DNA of 64,000 bases from Alphaproteobacteria bacterium (GCA_043763155.1 JAYULW010000065.1:216-64215); one strand, 5' to 3'. Counted from the first letter of the stretch, positions 38,647 to 48,390 are shown. A program made the numbers and translations. Notes: a model not told the origin generated them from the sequence alone.

Positions 38647-39840
38647 ATGCCGCCAAAACCCCGCGAAAAAACCATTGCACTGCTGGTCGCCGCCGGAAAA
38701 AGCGAGCGAATGCAAGCTGATAAGGCAAAGCCCTATTTGACGCTGGACCGCGAATCGGTGCTGCGCCGCACGGTCAAAATTTTCATGGAACACCCGCTGA
38801 TTGACGGTGTGCGGGTGGTAATACGGCGCGAACATCATGGGGCGTATAAGCAAGCTATTGAGGGACTTACGCTTTTTCCGTGCGTGATTGGCGGCGACAA
38901 CCGGCAGGATTCGGTGTATCGGGGGCTGGAAAGCATTGCCCACCGGGGGCCGGAGCGGGTTCTGGTGCATGATATTGCCCGGCCCATGGTGAGCGCGGAG
39001 CTGATTACCCGCGTGGTGCAGGCGCTGGATACACATGAGTCGGTCATCCCGGCGCTGCCCATTACCGATACGATTAAACGCGCCGAGGGCGGCATTGCGC
39101 AAGAGACGATTCCGCGCGAAGGGCTGTACGGCGTACAAACCCCCCAGGGGTTCCATTACGCGCCGCTTTTTGCTGCGCACCGGGCGCTGCACGGCAAAGG
39201 GCTTACCGATGATGCCGCGGTGATGGAGCGCAGCGGCAGCAAGGTATTCCTCGTTGCGGGCGAAGCCACCAACATCAAAATCACGACACAGACGGATCTG
39301 GAGCATATGCAAACCACCCTCAAAAACTCGCTGGAGACCCGCGTAGGCATGGGCTACGACGTGCATGCGCTGTTGCCGCACGATGCGGACACGCCGGTTG
39401 CGCGCCAATATATCAAAATCTGCGGCAGCCATATTCCTTTCACCCATTATTTGCAGGGGCATTCGGACGCGGATGTGGGGCTGCATGCGCTGGTGGATGC
39501 TATTCTGGGCGCGCTGGGTGACGGCGATATTGGCACGCACTTTCCGCCAGACGATCATCGCTGGAAGGGCGCGGACTCGGAGCGGTTTTTGATGCATGCA
39601 TATGAGCTGGTGGCGCAGCGCGGCGGCGAGATCGCGCATCTGGACGTGACGCTGATTTGCGAACGCCCGAAGATTGGGCCGCACCGCGAACAGATGGTGC
39701 AGCATATTGCGCAGCTTTTGAAACTTACGCCGGACCGGGTGAGCATTAAAGCCACGACGACGGAAAAACTCGGTTTCGCCGGGCGCAGCGAGGGTATTGC
39801 GGCGCAGGCAGTTGCCACCTTACGTTTGCCAAGGAACTGA
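38647..39840 (+). CDS. ispDF: Bifunctional IspD/IspF (MEP cytidylyltransferase / MEcPP synthase)
   Basis: The N-terminal half has VAAGKSERM. The C-terminal half has GYDVHAL and GHSDADVGLHAL. Confidence 0.95.
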   Translation: MPPKPREKTIALLVAAGKSERMQADKAKPYLTLDRESVLRRTVKIFMEHPLIDGVRVVIRREHHGAYKQAIEGLTLFPCVIGGDNRQDSVYRGLESIAHRGPERVLVHDIARPMVSAELITRVVQALDTHESVIPALPITDTIKRAEGGIAQETIPREGLYGVQTPQGFHYAPLFAAHRALHGKGLTDDAAVMERSGSKVFLVAGEATNIKITTQTDLEHMQTTLKNSLETRVGMGYDVHALLPHDADTPVARQYIKICGSHIPFTHYLQGHSDADVGLHALVDAILGALGDGDIGTHFPPDDHRWKGADSERFLMHAYELVAQRGGEIAHLDVTLICERPKIGPHREQMVQHIAQLLKLTPDRVSIKATTTEKLGFAGRSEGIAAQAVATLRLPRN

Positions 39841-39841
39841 T

Positions 39842-40417
39842 ATGCACATCAAACACAAGTCCAAGCGCGTGCCCAACAAGCTCAAAGAAGGCCACGTGAT
39901 GGGCGCGTGGTGGTATATTGCCACATGGTTCGGGTGCGGTATTTCGCCGTATGTGAGCGGCACGGTGGGGTCGTTGGGCGCGTTGCCTTTTGGGTTTGTG
40001 ATTCAATATTATTTTGGGAATTACGCGCTGTTTGCGGCGTCGCTGATTATTTTTGCCATCGGCACATGGGCGTCGAACCAGTATTTGCTGCATATGGAAT
40101 CGGGCGAGGATCCGGGCGAGATTGTGGTGGATGAGGTGGCGGGGCAGTGGCTGACATTGTGTGTGTTGTTCCCCACGTGGCAGTCGTATCTGGTGGGTTT
40201 TATTTTGTTCCGCACCTTTGATATTTTGAAGCCGTGGCCCATTTCGGTGGCCGACCGCAAAATCAAGGGCGGGTTTGGCGTGATGTTTGACGACATGCTG
40301 GCGGGGCTATACCCCATTCTTGTCGTGCTTGTGATATTGCTGGAGGCGCATTACTTTGGTTCGGGCAAGGCGCTGCTGCCGGTGATGAATTTCCTTGGGG
40401 GTAGCTATGTCCAGTAA
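39842..40417 (+). CDS. pgpA: Phosphatidylglycerophosphatase A
   Basis: Motifs GTVGSLGALPF, DPGEIVVDEVAGQWL and FRTFDILKPWPI. The start is ATG 39842 or ATG 39899. Confidence 0.85.
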   Translation: MHIKHKSKRVPNKLKEGHVMGAWWYIATWFGCGISPYVSGTVGSLGALPFGFVIQYYFGNYALFAASLIIFAIGTWASNQYLLHMESGEDPGEIVVDEVAGQWLTLCVLFPTWQSYLVGFILFRTFDILKPWPISVADRKIKGGFGVMFDDMLAGLYPILVVLVILLEAHYFGSGKALLPVMNFLGGSYVQ

Positions 40418-40904
40418 CAAAAAACTCGTGGTAAAAGCCGAAGGCGTGCTGGAAGGTTTTCGCCGCAAAAAGCTGAAACTGGCGATTGCGGAGTCCTGCA
40501 CCGGCGGGTTGCTTTCCATGCTGCTTACGGAAGTTCCGGGCAGTTCAGATGTGTTTGAGCGCGGGTTTATTACCTATTCCAATGCCAGCAAGACCGACAT
40601 GCTGGGCGTTTCTGCGCCCCTGATCCGCAAGCATGGCGCAGTGAGCCGCGAAGTGGTGGAAGCCATGGCCCGTGGTGCGATTGCGCATTCCAAGGCAGAT
40701 GTGGCGATTGCCATTACGGGTGTTGCAGGACCGGGCGCAAGCGAGAACAAGCCTGCGGGCATGGTGCATATGGCCATTGCTGCCAAGAATGACGAAACCG
40801 TGTTCTGGCAGGAATTCCGCTTCGACGGTGACCGCACTACGGTTCGCAGCAAAGCGGCAAGCAATGCACTCAGCCAGCTTCGTAAGGCCGCTGCGCTGCT
40901 TTAA
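40407..40904 (+). CDS. pncC: CinA C-terminal domain protein / nicotinamide-nucleotide amidohydrolase
   Basis: Motifs AESCTGGLL and ITGVAGPG. ATG 40407 overlaps the end of pgpA by 11 nt. Confidence 0.85.
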   Translation: MSSNKKLVVKAEGVLEGFRRKKLKLAIAESCTGGLLSMLLTEVPGSSDVFERGFITYSNASKTDMLGVSAPLIRKHGAVSREVVEAMARGAIAHSKADVAIAITGVAGPGASENKPAGMVHMAIAAKNDETVFWQEFRFDGDRTTVRSKAASNALSQLRKAAALL

Positions 40905-40977
40905 AGAACGCTCAAGCGCCGCTAAGGCTGCGCGCCTCAATGGCGCTAGTCGCTGCGCTCCGCATATATTTTTTGCT

Positions 40978-42351
40978 TTAAGCTTTCTTCGGTTTTGCTT
41001 TTAGCACTTTTGCGCGTTCGGGCAGGCTTACCTGTTGGCCGCGGGCGAGTGCGAGGGCGTCGGCGGGAACGTCATGGGTGATGACGCTGCCTGCGCCTAC
41101 GATTGCGCCTTCGCCGATGGTGACGGGGGCAACGAGGGCGGAGTTGGAACCAATGAAGGCATTCGCGCCGATGATGGTTTGGTGCTTGTTGATGCCGTCG
41201 TAATTACAGGTGATAGTGCCTGCGCCGATATTGGCGTTTTCGCCGATGGTTGCGTCGCCGATATAGCTTAGATGGTTGGCTTTTGCGCCTTTGCCCAGCG
41301 TGGCTTTTTTGACTTCCACGAAATTGCCGACATGGGCGTTTTCACCCACGATGGCGCCGGGGCGCAGGCGGGCGTAGGGGCCGATGATGGCGCCACTGGC
41401 GACGTTTGCGCCTTCGATGTGGGAGAAAGATTTGATTTCGACATTGCCCGCAATGGTAACGCCGGGGCCGAAGACGACTTGGGGATGGACTACGACGTCT
41501 TGGCCGAGGATGGTGTCTTCGCAGAGATAGACGCTGCTGGGGTCAATGAGGGTTGCGCCGTTTTCCATGGCTTTCGCGCGGAGGCGCTGCTGGAGGGCGT
41601 GTTCGGCTTCGGCGAGTTGTGCGCGTGTGTTGATGCCCATGGCTTCCTCTACGGTGATTGGCACCATGACGGTGCGTAAGTTTTTGGCTGCTGCCATTTC
41701 GATGAGTGCGGTGAGGTAGTATTCGCCCGTGACGGGGGATGGTTGCAGGTTTTGCAAGGATTCGCGCAGGAAGCCAGCGTCGAAGGCGATGATGCCTGCC
41801 CAGACCCATGTAATCTTTTTTTCTTCTGCACTGGCGTCTTTGCATTCGACGATGCGCTCGACATAAGGCTCCTGCTTCATGACGAGGCGACCATAGCCGG
41901 TGGGGGGATTGGGCTGCATGCCCAGCAGGGAGATGGCGGCTTTTTCGGATGCGTGGCGGGCCAGCAGCGCGTCGAGGGTGGCGGTGGTGACCAGCGGGGT
42001 GTCGCCGTACAGGATCAGGACGGTGCCTTCAAATCCTTCGAGTTGCGGGAGGGCGCATTTGACAGCGTGGCCGGTTCCCTGCTGCTTGTCCTGGGTTGCG
42101 AACAGGCAGGATTTTTGGGTGGTGGTGGCGGTTGCGCGCACGGTGCCCATGTGGGGTGCGGTGACGAGGACGGTTTTGGCGGGGTTCAGGGGGGCGGCGC
42201 TTTGTAGCACATGGCTGATCAGGGGCTGGCCGCCTAGTTTGTGCATGACTTTGGGCAAAGCGGAGCGCATGCGCGTCCCCTGCCCTGCGGCAAGGATTAC
42301 GGTTGCGAAATTATGCTTGTGCTGGTCGGTCATGGGGCTAGAATCCTTCAT
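40978..42351 (-). CDS. glmU: Bifunctional GlcNAc-1-P uridyltransferase / GlcN-1-P acetyltransferase
   Basis: Motif LAAGQGTRM plus C-terminal left-handed beta-helix hexapeptide repeats. Confidence 0.95.
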   Translation of the reverse strand: MKDSSPMTDQHKHNFATVILAAGQGTRMRSALPKVMHKLGGQPLISHVLQSAAPLNPAKTVLVTAPHMGTVRATATTTQKSCLFATQDKQQGTGHAVKCALPQLEGFEGTVLILYGDTPLVTTATLDALLARHASEKAAISLLGMQPNPPTGYGRLVMKQEPYVERIVECKDASAEEKKITWVWAGIIAFDAGFLRESLQNLQPSPVTGEYYLTALIEMAAAKNLRTVMVPITVEEAMGINTRAQLAEAEHALQQRLRAKAMENGATLIDPSSVYLCEDTILGQDVVVHPQVVFGPGVTIAGNVEIKSFSHIEGANVASGAIIGPYARLRPGAIVGENAHVGNFVEVKKATLGKGAKANHLSYIGDATIGENANIGAGTITCNYDGINKHQTIIGANAFIGSNSALVAPVTIGEGAIVGAGSVITHDVPADALALARGQQVSLPERAKVLKAKPKKA

Positions 42352-42397
42352 TAACCTTTCTATAGTTTATACATCGGCCAAAATACAGGGGATTTTT

Positions 42398-43735
42398 ATG
42401 GATGTCATGGCGTTGGTAGCGTTGGTGCTGGGGATTGCGATTGGTGCATGCCTTGGCTGGATGCGGGGTAAGCAGCTTCTGGCGGGCGCGGTTTCGCGCG
42501 AAGAGTTTGACCGCGAGATGACGGAAAAGACGACCCTGCAAGCCGATTTTAAGAATGCGCAGGAGCGGTTGCGCGATATGAATAATTCGCTGGAAACGAT
42601 GAACCGTGAGCTGATTGAAGCGCGTGAGCGGATTCATGCGGCGAAGGCAGACGGCGACATGCAGCAGAAGCTGCTGGCGAAAAAAGAAGAAGAAATGGCC
42701 AAAAGCCAAGAGATGCTGAAGCTGCAATTCAAGGAAATGTCGGCGGTGATGCTGGAAGAAATGGGCGCGAAGTTTAACGTGCAGTCGGAGAAGAAGCTGG
42801 GCGACTTGCTGCTGCCGATGAAGGATAAGTTGGGTGAATTTGAAAAGCTGGTGACGGATTCTTTTACGCAGCAGGGCAAAGAGCAGCATTCGCTGAAGGA
42901 TGTGATTGAAAAGATCGTGTTGCAGACGGACGGGCTGACCAAGGCGCTGCGCGGGGATGTGAAGGCGCAAGGTAACTGGGGCGAAATCATGCTGGAGCGC
43001 ATTTTAGAGGCTTCGGGGCTGGAAAAGGGTGTGGGGTATACCACGCAAGGCACCGACATGGGGCTGATGGACGAACAGGGCAACCGCAAGCGCCCGGACG
43101 TGATTGTGCATCTGCCCGATGGCAAGCATATCATCATTGATTCCAAGGTGTCGCTGACCTCGTATGAGCGTTATTGCGAACCCACTGACGAAGCGGCGAA
43201 GGCCATGCATTTAAAGGATTTTATCCGCTCCATCAATGCGCATGTGACGGGGCTTTCGGCGCAGAAATACCAGAATCTGAAGGGGCTGGAAGCGCCGGAT
43301 TTTGTGTTGTTGTTCATGCCGATTGAGGGGGCTTTTTCGCTGGCGGTGCAGCAGGACGCGAGCTTGCATTCCAATGCGTGGGACAAGCGCATTGCGATTG
43401 TTTCGCCCAGCACTTTGTTTATTTCGCTGAAGACGGTTGCATCGCTATGGGCGATTGATAACCAGAATAAGAACACAGCGGAGATCGCGCAGCGTGGGGC
43501 GGCGCTTTACGATAAGTTTGCCGGGTTTATTGACGATATGGGCTCGATCAAGAAGGCGCTGGATGCGACGAATTCGCGTTTCGACAGCGCCATGGGCAAG
43601 CTCAGCACGGGTCAGGGTAATTTGCTGCGGCAGGCGGAGATGATGAAGCAGCTTGGGTTAAAGACGACCAAGTCGCTGCCGAAGGAACTGCTGGATCAGG
43701 TGGAAGAGAACAACCTGATCGCTGCGGACGTTTAG
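42398..43735 (+). CDS. rmuC: DNA recombination protein RmuC
   Basis: I chose ATG 42398 (MDVMALVALVLGIAIG...). It has an N-terminal TM helix and coiled coil, and the RmuC core GNWGEIMLERILEASGL. The longer 611-aa ORF runs antisense through glmU. Confidence 0.85.
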   Translation: MDVMALVALVLGIAIGACLGWMRGKQLLAGAVSREEFDREMTEKTTLQADFKNAQERLRDMNNSLETMNRELIEARERIHAAKADGDMQQKLLAKKEEEMAKSQEMLKLQFKEMSAVMLEEMGAKFNVQSEKKLGDLLLPMKDKLGEFEKLVTDSFTQQGKEQHSLKDVIEKIVLQTDGLTKALRGDVKAQGNWGEIMLERILEASGLEKGVGYTTQGTDMGLMDEQGNRKRPDVIVHLPDGKHIIIDSKVSLTSYERYCEPTDEAAKAMHLKDFIRSINAHVTGLSAQKYQNLKGLEAPDFVLLFMPIEGAFSLAVQQDASLHSNAWDKRIAIVSPSTLFISLKTVASLWAIDNQNKNTAEIAQRGAALYDKFAGFIDDMGSIKKALDATNSRFDSAMGKLSTGQGNLLRQAEMMKQLGLKTTKSLPKELLDQVEENNLIAADV

Positions 43736-44653
43736 TTACTTCTTGTATTCGAGGCCCATCAGGCGGTAGCTTTCGCTGTCGTCTTTCCAGCCGGAGCGGA
43801 CTTTGACGAAGAGGTTGAGGTTCACTTTTTTGTCGGTCATGCGGGTGAGTTCGTGGCGGGCTGCAATGCCGACCGCTTTGATCATGGCGCCTTTTTCACC
43901 GATCACGATTTTCTTCTGGCCTTCGCGCTGCACGGTGATGGCCTGGGCGATGGTGATGCTGGTGTCGGTTTCGTCCCATGTTTCGGTTTCGACGAAAATG
44001 GAATAGGGAAGTTCCTGATCGAGCTTCATGAAGAGTTTTTCGCGGGTGATTTCGGCGGCGAGCATGCGCATGGGGATGTCGCTCATGTGGTCTTCGGGGT
44101 AGAGGAATGGGCCTTCGGGGAGCTGCTGGCTTAAGTAGCTGGTGACGTCTTTTACGCCATCGCCTTTTAGGGCGGAGATCATGAAAATGCGGTCGAAGAG
44201 TTTGAAATTGTCGCAAGCCGTGGCGAGGGCGAAGAGCGTGGGTTTGTCTATGCTGTCCACCTTGTTCAGGGCGAGGCAGATGGGTTTGGATTTGTTGCGC
44301 TTCAGGGCTTCGATGATCTGCTTGCTGCTTTCGCGCAAGCCGAGGTTTGCGTCAATCAGCATCAGCACCGCGTCGGCGTCGCCGATACCGCTCCATGCGG
44401 CTTGCACCATGGCTTTTTCAAAGCTTTTGGCGGCGTCGAAAATGCCGGGGGTGTCTACGAAAATGAGCTGGGCGTGGCCCGATACCATAACACCGCGGAT
44501 GTTGAAGCGGGTGGTTTGCACCTTGGGCGTGACGATGGAAACTTTGCCGCCGACAAGCTGGTTGATAAGGGTGGATTTGCCTGCGTTTGGTTCGCCGATG
44601 ATGGCGACTACGCCGCAACGGGTTTTCAACTCATTTGTATTATTGGCGCTCAT
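43736..44653 (-). CDS. era: GTPase Era
   Basis: G1 motif GEPNAGKSTL plus a C-terminal KH domain. ATG 44653 overlaps the upstream stop (ATGA). Confidence 0.95.
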   Translation of the reverse strand: MSANNTNELKTRCGVVAIIGEPNAGKSTLINQLVGGKVSIVTPKVQTTRFNIRGVMVSGHAQLIFVDTPGIFDAAKSFEKAMVQAAWSGIGDADAVLMLIDANLGLRESSKQIIEALKRNKSKPICLALNKVDSIDKPTLFALATACDNFKLFDRIFMISALKGDGVKDVTSYLSQQLPEGPFLYPEDHMSDIPMRMLAAEITREKLFMKLDQELPYSIFVETETWDETDTSITIAQAITVQREGQKKIVIGEKGAMIKAVGIAARHELTRMTDKKVNLNLFVKVRSGWKDDSESYRLMGLEYKK

Positions 44654-45723
44654 TCTTTTTTCTCCACTTTGGTTATCCACTCCATGCCCAGCGTACCTGC
44701 GCGGCTGGTGACGCGGATGGCGTCGCCGGGGCTTAGGCGGTCATAGAGTGGTTTGCTGATTTTTAAAGACAGGATGCCACCGCCCGCCCAGTCCTGCACA
44801 TGCAAGTGGTAGGTGGTGGATTTGCGGCTGTGGTTTGCGTAGGTGTCGCGCACGGGCTCGTCGTGGATGAGGGGGGCGGAGGTATCGTAATAACAGTTGG
44901 TGAACCACAGGGAGGTCACGGCGCAAAGCACGGCGCTCCAGCTGGTGATGCGGCAATATTCCATGAGTATTGCGTGGCCCTTGCTGCTTTGGCGGAAAAT
45001 GGCGACGATGACTGCGAAGCCTGCGAGGAAGAAGCAGGCGGCCACTTGCAGCGTCATGGGCCAGAGGTTGCCCCAGCGCACCACCTGATAGCCCATGATG
45101 AGGTTGGTGGTGAGGTTTACGAAGGCGATGGTGAGGAGTGCGGCGGGCAAGCGGTGGAAGAAATGGCCGATGCCGTCTTGCAGGTTTTTTTTATTCTGGG
45201 ATTGGGGGATTGCGTTTTCGAGCGAGGCCTTCAGGGCTTGCAGCGCGTCGAGGATGGGGTCAATAGTGTCGGGGGGTGTGGCGACTGGTTTTTCGAGGCG
45301 GGCGATGAGGTGGGTGGGGGTGGCGCGGATGTCGCGCACGCCGCTGGCGAAGGCCGCCATGACAAGGGTTTGGATTTGGGCGCTGGATTGTAATTTGGAT
45401 TGGAACGTCGCGTCGTCGGAGAGGATGTAGGCGCGGCTGTCGAATTCGGGGTTTTCGGTTTGGAATTCTTTGCAAAAGCCCAGCGCCTTGGTGATGCGGT
45501 GGGTGAAGCGTTCTTTTTCCAGCAGGAATAAAAACGGGGTTTTGGCGCTGATGCCGATGCGGCTGGCGATGGGGCGGTTCTTTTTGCTCACCTCATGTTC
45601 CCACAGATACGGGCGGTCGGTGCGGGTGGTGCGGGGGGAGCCAAGCCAGATTTTGGGTGCGCGCTTATTGCCCCATGTGAGGCACAGCAGCGCGATGATG
45701 GCGAGGATAAGCGGGAAGCACAT
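44650..45723 (-). CDS. Hypothetical polytopic membrane protein (357 aa) inserted between rnc and era
   Basis: One N-terminal TM helix, a soluble region of about 180 aa, about 3 more TM helices, and a beta-rich tail of about 85 aa. Its start shares 1 nt with the rnc stop, and its stop overlaps the era start. Confidence 0.6.
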   Translation of the reverse strand: MCFPLILAIIALLCLTWGNKRAPKIWLGSPRTTRTDRPYLWEHEVSKKNRPIASRIGISAKTPFLFLLEKERFTHRITKALGFCKEFQTENPEFDSRAYILSDDATFQSKLQSSAQIQTLVMAAFASGVRDIRATPTHLIARLEKPVATPPDTIDPILDALQALKASLENAIPQSQNKKNLQDGIGHFFHRLPAALLTIAFVNLTTNLIMGYQVVRWGNLWPMTLQVAACFFLAGFAVIVAIFRQSSKGHAILMEYCRITSWSAVLCAVTSLWFTNCYYDTSAPLIHDEPVRDTYANHSRKSTTYHLHVQDWAGGGILSLKISKPLYDRLSPGDAIRVTSRAGTLGMEWITKVEKKE

Positions 45724-46391
45724 CAGGCTTGCCCGGAGCTTAAACGCGCAAGCAGCAGGCTTGCGGCGGATTGTTCGGCGAGGCGCTTGGCGCTGGCCGT
45801 TGCGGTTTCGGGTTCATGGCCCTGCACGCGGGCTTCGATGGTGAACAGGGGCGCGTGGGAGGGGCCAGAGCTTGCGAGCATCGCGTAGGCGGGTACGGGA
45901 AGCCCCCTCGCCTGCGCCCATTCCTGCAGCGCGGTTTTGCCGTCTTTGGGTGGCTCTTGCGCGTCTTGGGCCAGCGTGTTCCAGCGCGGGCGGATGAAGG
46001 CTTCGGCGGCGGGCAGGCCACCATCGAGATAGATGGCGCCGAGAAGCGCTTCCATGGCGTCTTCCAGGTTGGAATCGTTTTCGCGGCCCTGCGCTTGTTT
46101 TTCGCTCGTGCCGATGTGCAGGGCTTCGCCGAGGTTGATGTCGCGGGCCACCTGGGCCAGTGTTTCGCCGCGCACTAGGCCTGCGAAACGGCGGGCGAGT
46201 TCGCCTTCTTTTTCATAGGGGAAAAGTTCGTAGAGGATGTGGGCGACGACGATGCCCAGCACAGAGTCGCCCAGAAACTCAAGCCGCTGGTTGCTTTTGA
46301 CGCCTAAAACGCTTGGGTGGGTAAGCGCCAGCGTCAGCAGTTCGCTGTTGCGGAACTGGTAGCCGATTTTTTTTTCGAGCGCCGCGCTCAT
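45723..46391 (-). CDS. rnc: Ribonuclease III
   Basis: Signature LEFLGDSVLG plus a C-terminal dsRBD. It overlaps the lepB stop by 4 nt. Confidence 0.95.
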   Translation of the reverse strand: MSAALEKKIGYQFRNSELLTLALTHPSVLGVKSNQRLEFLGDSVLGIVVAHILYELFPYEKEGELARRFAGLVRGETLAQVARDINLGEALHIGTSEKQAQGRENDSNLEDAMEALLGAIYLDGGLPAAEAFIRPRWNTLAQDAQEPPKDGKTALQEWAQARGLPVPAYAMLASSGPSHAPLFTIEARVQGHEPETATASAKRLAEQSAASLLLARLSSGQA

Positions 46392-47149
46392 TCAACCAGC
46401 TTGAAGAAACGGAACCCGCGCAGCGAAGTAAACCAGCTGGTGGGGTCGCTAACGCTTGCGCTGCCATCGCTGGAGAAGAAGATCATGGCGGCGGGGCCGA
46501 CGATATTTTGCTCCGGCACGTAGCCCACTTCGTTCAGGTAGCGGCTATCGCGGGAATTGTCGCGGTTGTCGCCCATCATGAAATAATGGCCTTCGGGCAC
46601 TTCATAGATCGGGGTGTCGTCGGCGGGGCCGTGGGTGAGTTCTTTCAGGATATGGATCACTTTGCCTTCGGGCAGGGTTTCGGCAAATGCGGGAATGGAT
46701 TTGGCGATGTTGTGTTCGTCATAATCGGTTTCGTTGGGCAGTTGTTCGCGCTTCAGGGCGGTGCCGTTGATGAATACGATGCCGTCCTTCACCTGGATTT
46801 TATCGCCGGGCATACCCATGATGCGCTTGATGAAATCAATGCGGGGATTTTTGGGCAGGCGGAAGACCACGATGTCACCGCGCTCAGGCTTTTTGAATTC
46901 AAGAATGCGGCCATCGAAATTGGGCAGGCCGAAAGGGAAGGAATAACGGCTGTAGCCATAGCTGAATTTGGAGACGAACAGGTAATCGCCAATGCGCAGG
47001 GTGTTTTTCATGGAGCCGGAGGGAATATGGAACGGCTCGAAGAAAAGGCTGCGGAAAATAAGGGCCAGCAGGAAGGCGATAAGCACGGTGCGGATGCTCT
47101 CATCCCATGAGGCAGTTTTTGGTTTATTTTCCGTTGGTTCAGTGGACAT
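46388..47149 (-). CDS. lepB: Signal peptidase I
   Basis: The catalytic Ser box SGSMKNTL, and GDNRDNSRDSR. Confidence 0.95.
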   Translation of the reverse strand: MSTEPTENKPKTASWDESIRTVLIAFLLALIFRSLFFEPFHIPSGSMKNTLRIGDYLFVSKFSYGYSRYSFPFGLPNFDGRILEFKKPERGDIVVFRLPKNPRIDFIKRIMGMPGDKIQVKDGIVFINGTALKREQLPNETDYDEHNIAKSIPAFAETLPEGKVIHILKELTHGPADDTPIYEVPEGHYFMMGDNRDNSRDSRYLNEVGYVPEQNIVGPAAMIFFSSDGSASVSDPTSWFTSLRGFRFFKLVE

Positions 47150-47290
47150 TTTGCGCCTTATTTCCTGCGTTTGGGGTGATGGTTAGTTGTAATCAGCTTA
47201 TGGGCTTTTCGCAACGACTTATACGTTAAACAAATTTTAGCCAAGAGGCCTTATAGTAAGGGTCCACCTTGTTAGCTTAGGGATAGAAAA

Positions 47291-47887
47291 GTGCAAAACG
47301 CAGCCGCCGTGCAAGAACCAAGGCAAATGCCTGTAAAACTGGAAGATTTTGGGGAATTACAGGCTCGATACCAAGGGCTGTCGCTGGCCAGGCGCGCCGA
47401 AGCCGTGCTGTATGACGCCGAGCCAGCGCTATATGCTGCGGAAGAGATACTGGTCAAGATTTCGGGCAGTAAGCATATTGCGCAGGCGCTGCTGAATATT
47501 CGTAAAAGCCTGCCGCTGATTGGTAAGCTGCGCCCGTCGGAGGCGAAAAATATCCTGATTGACCCCTCCACCAACTTCATTGAAAGCACGCGCCACAAGC
47601 TTGCGGCGTGGCGGCGCACGATGGAGCGGTTGCGCGATGGCGAGGGCATTGAAAAAACGGGGGCGAAAGAACGCCTGCCGCAAGATTCGGCGATTGCGCT
47701 GGCTATCATGGGCAATTCCAGCGTGAGCAGCTATTTGTCCATTATCCAGATGATATTGGGCGAGACGGTGCGGGTGGATGGCAAGAACGCCAGCCAGTAC
47801 GCCAAAACGACGGCGCAGGTGCGGCGCTGCTCAACCATCCTGAGCGATTGCGAAATCGCCGCGGAAATTGCCAAGTGCATCAACTAA
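47291..47887 (+). CDS. Hypothetical protein (198 aa)
   Basis: Its codon style matches the neighbours better than the antisense ORF 47272..47715 does. The start is GTG 47291 or ATG 47327. I recognise no motif. Confidence 0.45.
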   Translation: MQNAAAVQEPRQMPVKLEDFGELQARYQGLSLARRAEAVLYDAEPALYAAEEILVKISGSKHIAQALLNIRKSLPLIGKLRPSEAKNILIDPSTNFIESTRHKLAAWRRTMERLRDGEGIEKTGAKERLPQDSAIALAIMGNSSVSSYLSIIQMILGETVRVDGKNASQYAKTTAQVRRCSTILSDCEIAAEIAKCIN

Positions 47888-48338
47888 CCGAACGATCAAT
47901 CCGGGGCGCGGGTGTGGGTGCGGGGCTGCTGCTGGTAAAGGCATCGGCCACGAGATAACCAGCGCCAAGCAAACCGGCACCTAGCAGCAGCGGGGCTGCG
48001 GCTTCCATATTATCAGGGCTTAGGGCCTTGAACACTGCGTCGCGCGCGGTGCCTGCGCCGCTGGCTAAAAGATTTCCGAAGTCGTTTGCGCTATGGGGAT
48101 TGGAGTATTTGCCCAGTTCGCCATTTGCGGCCTGATGGGCTTGTATGGGGGTTTTTCCCTGGGCGATTGCCGCGTTGTAAGCGCTGTTGTTTATGCCCTC
48201 GATGCGTTGGGTTGCGCCTTTTTCCATATTTTCATAGACACCGCCAAGACCTAAGAAGCGCCCCATGCCTTCGCCGAAATGCGCCACTTGCGCGAACCAG
48301 CCGTTTTCCACGTTTCCTAAAAAGCCCTCATCACTCAT
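47880..48338 (-). CDS. Hypothetical small protein (152 aa) with a C-terminal Gly-zipper TM helix
   Basis: ATG 48338 is preceded by a perfect AGGAGG 5 nt upstream. The C-terminal segment is AAAPLLLGAGLLGAGYLVADAF. The longer 190-aa ORF lacks an RBS. Confidence 0.65.
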   Translation of the reverse strand: MSDEGFLGNVENGWFAQVAHFGEGMGRFLGLGGVYENMEKGATQRIEGINNSAYNAAIAQGKTPIQAHQAANGELGKYSNPHSANDFGNLLASGAGTARDAVFKALSPDNMEAAAPLLLGAGLLGAGYLVADAFTSSSPAPTPAPRIDRSVS

Positions 48339-48390
48339 ATGCACCTCCTGATACTGATGATTGCAGTATAGCAGTGCGCACAGCGTTTGT

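Noticed and set aside
40905-40977. Inverted repeats (AGCGCC...GGCGCT) between the convergent pncC and glmU genes as a bidirectional terminator
   Set aside because: The loop is long (about 21 nt) and the T-tract is weak or misplaced, so I could not support a confident terminator call.
41900-42397. The N-terminal 166 aa of the 611-aa ORF containing rmuC. The N-terminal 127 aa of ORF 14642..15763 is a similar case.
   Set aside because: Both extensions run antisense or out of frame through glmU and the EamA gene respectively. Internal ATGs (42398 and 15023) give canonical N-termini, a TM anchor and a signal peptide.
47272-47715. A 147-aa minus-strand ORF competing with the 198-aa plus-strand ORF
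   Set aside because: It is Ser/Ala/Cys/Arg-rich with shadow-ORF composition. The plus-strand frame uses the same codon preferences as neighbouring genes. Neither frame has a recognisable motif, so the plus-strand call remains of only moderate confidence.
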